From NCBI GenBank assembly GCA_051313645.2, contig JBNRSN020000003.1, forward strand, positions 417,260,001 to 417,324,000: a stretch of 64,000 nucleotides of DNA. The letters run 5' to 3'. This document shows, piece after piece, positions 49,923 through 60,882 of this stretch (position 1 is its first letter; each line of letters opens with the position of its first letter). Under the pieces are notes generated by a model. The model worked only from the letters and a program-made list of their open reading frames with translations. It was not told the DNA's origin and did no database searches. Made by a program: the position numbers and the translations under genes. This stretch comes from Centroscyllium fabricii (lineage: Eukaryota).

Positions 49923-50715
49923 AGAAACATAGAAGATAGGAGCAGGAGTCGGCCATTCGGCCCTTCGAGCCTGCTCTGCCATTCAATGAGATCATGGCTG
50001 ATCATCCAAACCCAGTACCCCGTCCCTGCCTTGTCCCCATATCCCTCGATCCCTATCGAACCTGCACCGACACATATCCCACCCTATCCCGTAACCCCAC
50101 ATATTTAATTCCCCCGAACAGTAAGGGTCAATTTTATCATGGCCAATCAACCTAACCCGCACATCTTTGGACTGTGGGAGGAAACCGGAGCACCCGGAGG
50201 AAATGGGCGGCACGGTGGCACAGTGGTTAGCACTGTTGCCTTACAGCACTGGAGACCCGGGTTCAAATCTGGCCTCGGGTGACTATCTGTATGGAGTTTG
50301 CACATTCTCCCCGTGTCTGCGTGGGTTTCCTCCGGGTGCTCCGGTTTCCGCCCACAGTCCAAAGATGTGCGGGTTAGGTTGATTGGCCGGGATAAATTGA
50401 CCCTTAGTGTTAGAGGGATTAAATATGTGGGGTTACAGGGAAACCGTGGGATATGTGTCGGTGCAGGCTCGATAGGGATATGGGGAGAGGGCAGGGGCGG
50501 GGTGCTGGGTTTGGATGATCAGCCATGATCTCATTGAATGGCGGAGCAGGCTCGAAGGGCCGAATGGCCTACTCCTGCTCCAATCTTCTATGAAACCCAT
50601 GCGGACATGGGGAGAATGTGCAAACTCCACACAGATAGTACCCGAGGCTGGATTTGAACCCGGGTCTCTAGTGCTGTAAGGCAACAGTGCTAACCACTAT
50701 GCCACTGTGCCACCC
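49923..50715 (-). mobile_element. V-SINE (long tail) interrupted by a second SINE
   Basis: The minus-strand copy runs 49923-50203 and resumes at 50593-50715. Confidence 0.85.
50205..50592 (+). mobile_element. Full-length V-SINE (long tail) nested in opposite orientation
   Basis: GGGCGGCACGGTGGCACAGTGG head through the CTTCTATG tail. GAAA appears at both junctions. Confidence 0.88.
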
Positions 50716-50716
50716 A

Positions 50717-50830
50717 AATGCTGGAAAAACTCAGCAGGCCAGGCAACATCCGTGGAGAGAAATATAGAGTCGACGTTTCGGGTTAGGACCCTTTATCAGG
50801 ACTAAAGCCAGGAAATGAAACAGGTAGGAA
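50717..50830 (-). mobile_element. Penelope-like family A remnant with mutated hammerhead (50768-50803)
   Basis: Minus strand reads AGUC-CUGAUAA-AGGGU-CCUA-ACCC-GAAA-CGUC-GACU. Near-identical to 361-460. Confidence 0.6.
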
Positions 50831-51755
50831 GGCCGGGGGAGCTGGGAGGGAACAAAAGGAAAGAGAAAACAAAAGAGAAAAGAGAACCAAAGAGAAAAGT
50901 CATTAAAAGGTATTCAAAATGAGACGAGATGTGGATGGGGCTGTGGACAGGAGACAGCTATAGATTAGGTGTGAAAAGGTTTGGAGTGGGGTTTGAACCC
51001 AGCACCTTCTGAACAATGCTCCCCCCATGCCCCCCTTCCCCCCCCACAAGGCGCACGGGCTTGCGGCGGCGCATCAATTGGGAGGTCCCACACCGGCCGC
51101 TCACAAGCTGTTGCCGCTGGAAGATACCACGTGTGCAAATTTAAAGGGACCGCGCCCGAAAAAAATAATATTTGAGGCAACATTGCTTCTGACTCAGAGG
51201 CGAAAATGCTAACACTAAACCACAGGGTTGCTCCTGTGGAGACTTCGTAATTCATAACAAGTTGAAATTAAATGTACAATAATCACTTTCAATAGTAGTT
51301 CCTATTGCATTTTGAAATGATCTCTTTATCTTCACAGACCTCTGTGACAATATTAAAGGGGAAGCCACCCCATGAAAAAAATGCTTAAACTCTTTTTGTT
51401 TTTGATTATAAACAAACTCACAATTCTGTGATATAAAATCTGTTGAAACACCTGATCTAGTTATGATGAAAATGTTGCGGGTTTGTTCTGGCTCTTATCT
51501 CTGCATCAAACAAAAGGTTTGTCCAAGGATATATTGGTGAAGACAGTACTCCTTTAATTGAGGCGATCACATTCGATGTTACAATAAACAGCTGGGCAGA
51601 ATGAGAGAGCACACAAATTATGCCATTATTAACTGCGTCACCCAAATAAAGGAAAACACTTTCATTCTTTAATATTTTTGGACGATTCCACAGAAATACT
51701 CTACTGGAGTTCCTGAAGATGCATAACTCTGATAATGAGTTTATGGACACATTGG

Positions 51756-51958
51756 ACAATAACAAAATACTGCAGATGCTGGAAATCCGAAATAACAACA
51801 GAGAATGCTGGAAAAACTCAGCAGTTCAGGCAACATCCATAAGAGAGAAATAGGAGTCAACATTTCGATAAAGGGAACGACCCCGACACATTGACTTTTA
51901 TTTCTCTCTTGTGGATGTTGCCTGAACTGCTGAGTTTTTCCAGCATTTTCTGTTGTTA
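51756..51958. mobile_element. Penelope-like family A inverted pair with 15-bp TSD
   Basis: Flanked by TTATGGACACATTGG (51741-51755) and TTATGGAAACATTGG (51959-51973). The arms are reverse-complementary. Confidence 0.65.
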
Positions 51959-52349
51959 TTATGGAAACATTGGCTTTTGTAAGCAGCTTGTTGCAATGGG
52001 ATGTGCAAAAGAAAGTCCTGGCTTTTTATTTTGGGGGGTGGGAGCATATCATTTTTACGGTAATATGGATTTTGTGTTTTCACAGCAGTAGGGTTTAAAA
52101 TAAATGTAGAGATCAAAATTACTGCTTCTTGTACTTTTAACATTTTATAAATGATACCTCTTTACTTTATTCCAAATGTTGAAGAGGCGAATTGTGGCTT
52201 GTGTCTTTGATGGAACTTAAAAATAGTCACATTGCAATGTTACAACCACCAAAAAGGCACTAATAATTCCTGTCTGTAATTTAATGGAACAATGCTTAGA
52301 TCAAGTTCTAACTTGGTAAAACTATAAGATCCAGCAGATTGAAACAATA

Positions 52350-52693
52350 CAGGAAACTCTTTATTATCTGGCACCTAAATATCCAGAATTCTCTATTAAG
52401 GCAAAATTATCCGAAAACAACACCTCAATAACCGGCAATGTTGCCGAGTCCGAGTCTCGTGTGGTGGCTGAGTTAATCAGTGGGGATAGTTCTCCAAACT
52501 GCCACAATCCACATCCATTTAACACAACATTCTGCAGGTGAGTACCCAATTACTGTATACTCTACATTTCTTGATTTTAAAATTTTTCTTTATTAAAAAA
52601 AGCCTCGGCAGATAACCCTCTCCGTTATCCGAAAATTTTGATGAACCGGCAACACGCAGGTCCCATCGGTGCCGGATAATAAAGCGTTTCCTG
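52350..52693. mobile_element. TA-flanked MITE (Tc1/mariner-pogo/Tigger-like)
   Basis: TA|CAGGAAACTCTTTATTATCTGGCACC ... GGTGCCGGATAATAAAGCGTTTCCTG|TA. Confidence 0.8.
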
Positions 52694-53049
52694 TATGTAT
52701 AATTCTTCGAAATAATTTTTAAAATAACAAATGAATTAATTTTATTCTTATCTGATCTTTAAGGTGATATGACCATGATTATTAACCTGTCTGATATATT
52801 GTAATTTTACTGTTCAAGCACGGTGTTAACTTAACAAATCAGCATGACGGATGAGAACATTTATTATGTTGTTTGAGGTTGAATATCCTACTGACACTCA
52901 GGGAGAAATTCAACTTATCTTCACTTGTTTCTCGGGCCTAAGATGGTGGCCGGGCCTGCACATTTTGGATGATGACCTCCTGCACCTGATCTCTCTATGA
53001 GGTGTGTAGGGCACTCGCCTGAACTAGGCATTCGCACCTTTGCATATGT

Positions 53050-54204
53050 AACATAGAAACATAGAAAATAGGAGCAGGAGTAGGCCATTTGGCCCTTCGA
53101 GCCTGCTCCGCCATTCAATTAGATCATGACTGATCTTTCAGATTCAGTACCCTGTCCCTGCCTTCTCCCCATATCCCTTGATCCCTTCAGCCTGAAGAAA
53201 TATATCCAACTCCTTCTTGAATATATTCAATGAACCGGCCTCCACCGCCCTCTGTGGCAGAGAATTCCACAGGTTCACCACTCTCTGGGTGAAGAAATTC
53301 CCCCTCATCTCAGTCCTAAATGGCTTTCCCCTTATCCTTAGACTATGGCCTCTGGTTCTGGACTCCCCGACCATCGGGAACGTCATTCCTGCCTCCAGTC
53401 TGTCCAGGCCTGAAATTTTTTTATAGGTTTCTATGAGATCCCCTCTCAATCATCTGAACTCCAGTGAGTATAAGCCCAATTGACTCAATCTCTCCCCATA
53501 CGTCATTCCTGCCATCCCAAGTATCAGCCTGGTGAATCTTCGCTGCACTCCTTCCATGGCAAGAACATCCTTCCTCAGATGTGGCGACCAAAACTGTACA
53601 CAATACTCAAGGTGTGGTCTCACCAGTGCCTTGTACAGCTGTAGTAAGGTATCCTTATTCCTATACTCGAACCCTCTTGCTACGAAGGCCAACATACCAT
53701 TTGCCTTCTTAACCGCCTGTTGCACCTGCATGCTTACCTTCAGTGACTGGTGCACAAGAACACCCAGGTCTCTTTGCACTTCCCCATCTCCCAATCTATT
53801 GCCATTCAAATAATAATCTGCCCTCCTGTTTTTGCCACCAAAGTGGATAACCTCACATTTATCCACATTATAGTGCATTTGCCAGGTATCTGCCCAATCA
53901 CCCAACCTGTCCAAATCGCATTGGAGTTTCTCGACATCCTACTCACAGCATACCCTCCCACCCAGCTTTGTGTCATCTGCAAATTTGGAGATATTACATC
54001 CAATTCCCTCAGCCAGATCATTAATATATATTGTGAACAGCTGGGGTCCTAGGACCGATCCTTGCAGTACCCCACTAGTCACTGCCTGCCACTCGGAAAA
54101 TGACCCGTTTATTCCAACTCTCTGTTTTCTATCTGCCAACCAGTTCTCTATCCAAGTCAATACCTTGCCCCCAATCCCATGAGCCTTAATTTTGCACGCT
54201 AATC
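53050..54204 (-). mobile_element. CR1-clade LINE, 5'-truncated, disrupted reverse transcriptase
   Basis: [30 protein letters not shown]; LYKALVRPHLEYCVQFWSP; a frameshift and an in-frame stop; (TTTCTATG)n tail. Confidence 0.93.
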
Positions 54205-54459
54205 AGGGTCCTAACACCACTCAAAGGTAGGCGGAGCTCGCGCTGTGCAAGCTCCACCTAGTCGTACCAGGCCTTAAGTGGCTTAGCCAACGATCCTGAA
54301 AAGAACCATTCAGGATCATTCAAGAAATGGCCACAGAACTTTAAAAAAGTTACATTTCTGTGGAGCTAGAAGGATCAGCAGAGCTTCTCCTGGTTCCACA
54401 AAATTCCTGCGGACTGCTGCTAGCCCAGACTCGTCTTCCCTCCAACTTCACTTTGCACC

Positions 54460-54782
54460 TAGAATCATAGAATCATAGAATCCCGACAGTGCAGATAGAG
54501 GCCATTTCGGCCCATCGAGCCTGCACCGACATATATCCCACCCTATCCCCGTAACCCCACATATTTAATCCCCCTGACACTAAGGGTCAATTTATCATGG
54601 CCAATCAACCTAACCCGCACATCTTTGGACTGTGGGAGGAAACCGGAGCACCCGGAGGAAACCCACGCAGACACGGGGAGAATGTGCAAACTCCACACAG
54701 ATAGTCACCCGAGGCTGGATTTGAACCCGGGTCTCTAGTGCTGTAAGGCAACAGTGCTAACCACTATGCCACCGTGCCGCCC
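54460..54782 (-). mobile_element. V-SINE (HE1-like), short-tail subtype
   Basis: Near-identical to 47093-47410. Confidence 0.9.
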
Positions 54783-55429
54783 ACCTCTTTCCCACCCCTC
54801 CTGGACCTACCCACAGGCCAGGCCAGTGCTGGAGCTAGCCAGCTTTTGTCAGGTCACAGCCGACAAGCTGCCTTGGGAACGAACAATAGGCGCCGGCAGC
54901 CTGCCGGTTTTACTCAAATGAGGCCCGCTGACGAATTTGGCTCGGGTCTCATGCTGGCACAGACTGGCATGTGAAGCAATTGCTTCACCAACTTTCCGCC
55001 TGTTTTGGACACAAGTCCAATATATCTCGCCCTCAATGTCGAGGCTCAGGCATGAAACACGTGGGTGAGATGTTGAAGGGTAGCTCGTGCATTCGGGTAC
55101 GTACCCAGGCATGAGAGGAGGGGAGGAACATTAGAAAGCCACAATCATTGTGATACCCTTTACGCAATTATTTGGTTTTAATTTCATTTAATCTAAATCA
55201 GTCCATTCATTTCATTTCAGAAACATTCTCATTGAATATTGTTCAGCATAACGCTTGTTAAATTAGACGCGTGTCCAAAGACAAAGCAAACAGTGGGACT
55301 TTAAATGAGTCAATGGTGCAAAGAACAAAGTTTTTATTAAATCAGCAGTGGAATATATTTTTAGGCAGTAATCACATTTATTCAAAATTTCTTCTTAAAT
55401 TTACAGTATATCTTCATAATATTTTGTAG

Positions 55430-55635
55430 CGTTAAGTTGTAATGAAAATGACGGTGACCACATGGACAGAGAGCAGCAGTATCCTCCCACTCAGAAGACA
55501 AAGCGCATGCGCACCTCTTTCAAACACCACCAGCTGAGGACCATGAAGTCTTATTTTGCCATTAACCACAATCCTGATGCCAAGGACCTGAAACAGCTAG
55601 CACAGAAGACGGGGCTTACAAAGCGAGTTCTGCAG
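55430..55635 (+). CDS. lhx2: Lhx2 exon 4 (homeodomain helices 1-2 and start of helix 3)
   Basis: TTTTGTAG|CG TTA AGT TGT; (A)LSCNENDGDHMDREQQYPPTQKTKRMRTSFKHHQLRTMKSYFAINHNPDAKDLKQLAQKTGLTKRVLQ; donor CAG|GTACG. Confidence 0.96.
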
Positions 55636-56501
55636 GTACGAGACCTCTATTGATTTACTGTTCAAATTCTGTTTCTCAGGCAATCTGTCCTTTTTTATTC
55701 TCCCAGTTTCACTGGTTTTTAGAATAATAATTACATTTACATTTAAACTGACATGACTTCACATATGTAACAGCTTTTTGGAGCCAAAACGGTTAATTTG
55801 GTTTAACCTCTCAGCATATTTCTCAAACACATCTCTATGCAGAGGTATATTTCATGTTCTTTAGTTCCATTTTTACTGCCCACTTCAGTGGCTGTCGCAT
55901 GTTACCTATTCCGCAAGTCTATTACCCTTTCAGTGAAAAAGCTCAGCCCGACTTCCCTTCTTACTCCTAACGTCTTAATTTGTTTTCTCTGATATTCAAA
56001 TCCTTTGCTAGAGGGAGCAATTATTACTTTTGCATGTAGGAGAACTCATAAGCTCCTCAAAGATACTCTGCAGCAATTCTGTTTGGTTCCTCCTACCACC
56101 CTGAAGCCTCTGCGAGTGATTGCACTGCACGGTGTGGGACTAAGCCACACAGACTGGGATTCGCAATCTGTGCTGTTTTAGCAGGGAGGGCAACAGGAGT
56201 GCTCCAAGTGGCACTGGTGGCCCCTACACTAGGGAACGGAAAAATCAGCCTGAGTTCCCACTCCTGATTGCTATGTAGCAACTGCTGTTGGGTGAGGAAC
56301 AGGTGGATTGCAGCTGTGAAGTCCCCTATGGTCAAGTAGCCTTCCAAGACTCACTGTTTGGGCTCATCCAATAAGAATGGCAATCGTTGCCTGTGGCATC
56401 GAACCTCAACAAGAGTTGCTGCTCTTGGTAGATTGGGAATCTGTGTGGAAAATTGTCGGAGGAAAAAATTCCATTTCATGTAAATGCTATAAAGAGCTGT
56501 A

Positions 56502-57252
56502 CAGGTTGAAGTTCGTTAATCCGGCAGGGTTGGGACCAGGCCCGTGCCGGAATACTGAAAAACCCGAACGAATGAAGCTGTCCCGAGCGCATGCGCGGAC
56601 CATTCAAAATGGCCACGCGCATGCGCAGAACATTCGGAATAGCTGCAGCACGCGCAGACCAGTGCAGGTGGCCGCAGCGCGCGGGTGGAGGCAGAGCACG
56701 GGGCGATTTCCGGGTGGAGCAGTACAACTCCCCGCGGCTCACAGGTGGAACAGAGTAGAGTACAGGGGGGATTTCAAAGCATTCTGGGTGGAGCAGTCCA
56801 ACTGCCCACAGCGCGCCGGTGCAACAGATCACACAGTACAGGGGCGATTTCCAGGTGGAGCAGTCCAACTGCCCGCAGCGCGCGAAAATAGCACTATAGC
56901 ACAGTCCAACCGTCAGGACACGCCCCGGAAGTTCAGGTGCGGCTGAAGCCATGCCTCCGGGACACGCCCCGGAAGTTCGGGTGCGGCTGAAGCCACGCCG
57001 TCGGGACCAGTGCTTATTCGGGAAAGGCCCCGGGAGGGAGCCACGTCTAACACTTCACGGGAATTGAGCTTCATGTCAGGTACGTTTTTTTTTTGTAAAG
57101 CGTCGAAGAGCGCCGCTGCGCATGCGCAGGCCAGTCGGGGATTGCGGACGGTGAGGAGCACCACTGCGCATGCGCCAACCACTCGGGGAAATCTGTGCCG
57201 GACGTCTGAAGCTGCCGGTTTTTCGGGTGCCGGATTAACGAACTTCAACCTG
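56502..57252. mobile_element. TA-flanked GC-rich MITE (Tigger/pogo-like), 751 bp
   Basis: Perfect 25-bp TIR CAGGTTGAAGTTCGTTAATCCGGCA, TA on both sides, and internal direct duplications. Confidence 0.88.
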
Positions 57253-58138
57253 TACTATTCACTAATCTTTTCTTAAGTTTCTCATTTGTCTAATGTGTAT
57301 TTTAATTTGATACACTTTTGGGAGCTGCAACTAGTCCATGATTTCAGTGTGGAGGTGGAACGGGGATGGTGTTAATGCACAGAGTGGGGCTGCTTTTGTG
57401 ATACAATAATGACTTTGGCCAAACTGCTGGCAAGACCTCCTGCATTCTGGCCTGTAGCTCCCTCTGTGCTGTATAAAATACATGTAAAAGCACAGTGCTG
57501 GTGTTTGATATGAAATCTGCCATAAAACTGCAGGTCTGTAAATAGGGAAGGTGGCGGGCGGGGGCAGTGAAAGGGTTGTGGGTGGTGGAGTGGTCAAATC
57601 CTGTTTTGTTTTTTTAGCCGTTTGAGGATTCTAGGGGAAACAATAAAAATTAGCCAACCAAATGGACCAGATAGGAAGGTCCAAGATTCAGTCCTTGCTT
57701 TGCGTTGACTTTGCTACTGACCTGGGACAGGGAGCCACTATTCTTCAGCATTCCTGGATTAGGGATTGGAATTGCCATCCAGGGTTCCAACTCCTGTTGG
57801 CTATCCAAAGTGAAACCCATTTTTTTGGAAAGCCTGCGTATGGACCATGTCTATTGTCAGCAAACTCTTTCCAGTTGACCCTTTGAGGCACTCAGACTGC
57901 TGTCAGTCCTGTCTTGGAACACTCCAACCAATGGTGTAAGTACAGGACAATCAATCGTGCAGGAAAGAGAAGTCGGAGGAGTGTGCAGCCAGCTTGTGCT
58001 ACTTCTACTTGACATGGAGGCTGGTGAACATCATAATATAGTCGCGTACAACAAATAACCAATCGTAAATTATTCTCTTTTAACTGTGAAATATTAAAAA
58101 TTCTGTTAGAAGTGGGAAATGCACAGAATAGAAACTTA

Positions 58139-58927
58139 GGGGGGTATTTTGCTATAAATGCGGGAACCTGGTAGGGATTGGTCGGGGCGGGTTTCTGTCC
58201 TGCCTGGCCAAAGATCTGGGAACCCCACGCAATTTTCATTTAATTGAGTTGTTAAATCCCCGCCTGTGGCAGCCGGTGGTAATTGAATCAATCGAGTCGG
58301 GGCTGCCGCAAGGATGGAGCAGTTTGATTGACAGTTCCAGCACTGGTTGTTGACAGTTCCCATGGAAACACTCCACTGTGACATCACAGTCGAGTGGAAC
58401 CAATGGGAAAGGTCAAGTGCTGGTGACTGACAGGTGGGCGGACGGGCTACGAATCCTTGACAGCTTGGCACCGGCTATGAGGACATGTGCAAAGCTGAGA
58501 TTTCTCAGTTTTTGCCCACAGCTGGTGCACCCACGATGGAGTAACTTACTCCGTGGTGGGTGCTGGAGGCATGCCAAGCATTTTGCTGCATGCCCTTCAC
58601 ACCTTGAAGGAGAAAATAATGACCAGCGTTGTGCTCCCGCTGGGTTTCATCCAGCGGGGTTTAGGGTGGCGGGGTTAGGGTGGAAAACAGCTGAAAATTC
58701 CTAAGGGCACTTAAAATGGCAGTACAGATGCCAATTAAGGGCCCTTAAGGACTGTAACAACCATCCCTGCCGGCCACCGGCGGGAAAGATTCGGGGCGGG
58801 GAAAGTGGCCGTCCGAAAATGCAAAACCGGCGGGGATGCGGTGGGCTTGGGCGGGACCCAGAAATTTGCCATTTTCACCTCCCAGCCGCCCAAAACCCCA
58901 CCTAACGGGGACATGAAAATCCCCCCC
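58139..58927. mobile_element. Possible TTA-flanked MITE (PIF/Harbinger-type), possibly composite
   Basis: TTA|GGGGGGTATTTT ... AAAATCCCCCCC|TTA, with a GC-rich interior in AT-rich surroundings. Confidence 0.5.
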
Positions 58928-59062
58928 TTAGGAGGTAAACTTTGGAACCAAATATTAAAGCTTAATCTACACCCAAATTTCATCGGGAGATATAGTTGGA
59001 CTTAATTTACGGGGGGGGGGGGGATTCAAAGTATAAATCAATTAAAAATGTGCCCAAACCTT

Positions 59063-59556
59063 GTCCAATATATTGAAGTCCTGGTCCAATATATTGAAGC
59101 CCTGGTCCAATGTATTGAAGTCCTGGTCCAATATATTGAAGTCCTGGTCCAATATATTGAAGTCCTGGTCCAATATATTGAAGTCCTGGTCCAATATATT
59201 GAAGTCCTGGTCCAATGTATTGAAGTCCTGGTTCAATGTATTGAAGTACTGGTCCAATGTATTGAAGTCCTGGTCCAATGTATTGAAGCCCTGGTCCAAT
59301 ATGTTGAAGCCCTGGTCCAATATGTTGAAGCCCTGGTCTAATATATTGAAGTCCTGGTCCAACATATTGAAGTCCTGGTCCAACATATTGAAGTCCTGGT
59401 CCAACATATTGAAGTCCTGGTCCAACATATTGAAGTCCTGGTCCAACATATTGAAGTCCTGGTCCAACATATTGAAGTCCTGATCCAACATATTGAAGTC
59501 CTGGTCCAACATATTGAAGCCCTGGTCCAATATATTGAAGCCCTGGTCCAATATAT
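59063..59556. repeat. 21-bp minisatellite GTCCAA(T/C)ATATTGAAG(T/C)CCTG, about 23 copies
   Basis: Directly visible tandem units. Confidence 0.95.
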
Positions 59557-60154
59557 TACTGTGCTGGTGCAATATTCGACAGCTGTGGCTGTTTGTATTT
59601 CACACCATGTGAGGCAAGTTATGTCTCTCTATTTTTGCAGTCGCTTCTGCTATTATTACACTGACCTGATTACTGGCTGTTGTTCAGCTAATTGTTCTTT
59701 CCCATACTGTGTCTATCTGTTTAATCAGTGTAAGACAGTTTTGATTGTCAGCAGTCTCTCCCTGGGAGCTAGTTTTAAATTGCTGTATTTTAACTATCCT
59801 CGGAAAAAAGAACTCTGCTAAAAAGATGATCTCTGAGAAGTATGTTTTTTCTTATTAGAAACTAAACCCAGTGCCTATAATAAAGCAAGTCCTCTTTCTT
59901 TATCTCTCTTGATTTAGTCACAGTATAAAAGACCAGAAAAGGATAAGTCTTAAACATGTTTAGACATTCCTGATCAATAAAACTCCTTTGCATTTACATT
60001 CTGAAATATAACATGATATTGAATGAGCTGAAACGATGGGATCCTGCAGCTTTGAATATCAATGTGTTTTTTCTAGGTATGCTCACTTGGTGATGTGTTT
60101 CCCTTAAAATGGGCGATACATGTCCCTGTGTGGGAACACTGTGTACATGAGTTT

Positions 60155-60545
60155 ACATAGAAACATAGAAGATAGGAGCAGGAGTAGGCCATTCAGCCCT
60201 TTGAGCCTGCTCCGCCATTCAATGAGATCATGGCTGATCATCCAAACCCAGTACCCCGTCCCTGCTTTCTCCCCATATCCCTCGATCCCTATTGAGCCAG
60301 CACCGACACACATCCCACCCCATCCCCGTAACCCCACATATTCAATCCCCCTAACACTAAGGGTCAATTTATCCTGGCCAATCAACCTAACCTGCACATC
60401 TTTGGACTGTGGGAGGAAACCGGAGCACCCGGAGGAAACCCACGCAGACACGGGGAGAATGTGCAAACTCCATACAGATAGTACCCGAGGCTGGATTTGA
60501 ATCCGGGTCTCTAGTGCTGTAAGGCAACAGTGCTAACCCACTGTC
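60155..60545 (-). mobile_element. V-SINE (long tail), head slightly truncated
   Basis: Reverse-complement match to 14247-14647. Confidence 0.88.
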
Positions 60546-60555
60546 TAGGCAGGTA

Positions 60556-60882
60556 CAGGTCCGACACCGCTAATTCGGCACCGGCGGGACTAGGCCGGCG
60601 GCCATTTTGAATGGGCTGCGCATGCACTCGCCGAAGCATCAATTGTTCGGGGAGTGGCCCGGGCATGCGCAGCCAAGCGTGGCGGCCATTTTGCACATGC
60701 GCAGCCAAGCGCGGTGGCCATTTTGAGCATGCACAGACCAGTCGGGCGGTCGGGGAGAGGCCCGGGCATGCGCAACCAAGTGCAGTGGCCATTTTGCGCA
60801 TGCGCAGACCAGTTGGCCGGATTCGTTCCGGACGGCTGAAGTTTCCGGATTACCGGTGTCCAGATTAACAGTGCCGGACCTG
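60556..60882. mobile_element. TA-flanked GC-rich MITE (Tigger/pogo-like), 327 bp
   Basis: TA|CAGGTCCGACACCGCTAAT ... ATTAACAGTGCCGGACCTG|TA, with internal repeats of GGCCATTTTG..CATGC.CAG. Confidence 0.78.

Noticed and set aside
53144-54160. Functional reverse transcriptase gene
   Set aside because: 5'-truncated and broken by a frameshift and a stop; a dead CR1 copy. The same applies to the fragments at 30770 and 39629.
56377-57276. Overlapping 68-189 aa ORFs
   Set aside because: They result from the GC-rich, stop-poor MITE interior; no transposase or other recognisable domain.
59042-59572. Heptad/coiled-coil protein ORF (176 aa)
   Set aside because: It is the translation of a 21-bp minisatellite, open on both strands, with no splice or start evidence.
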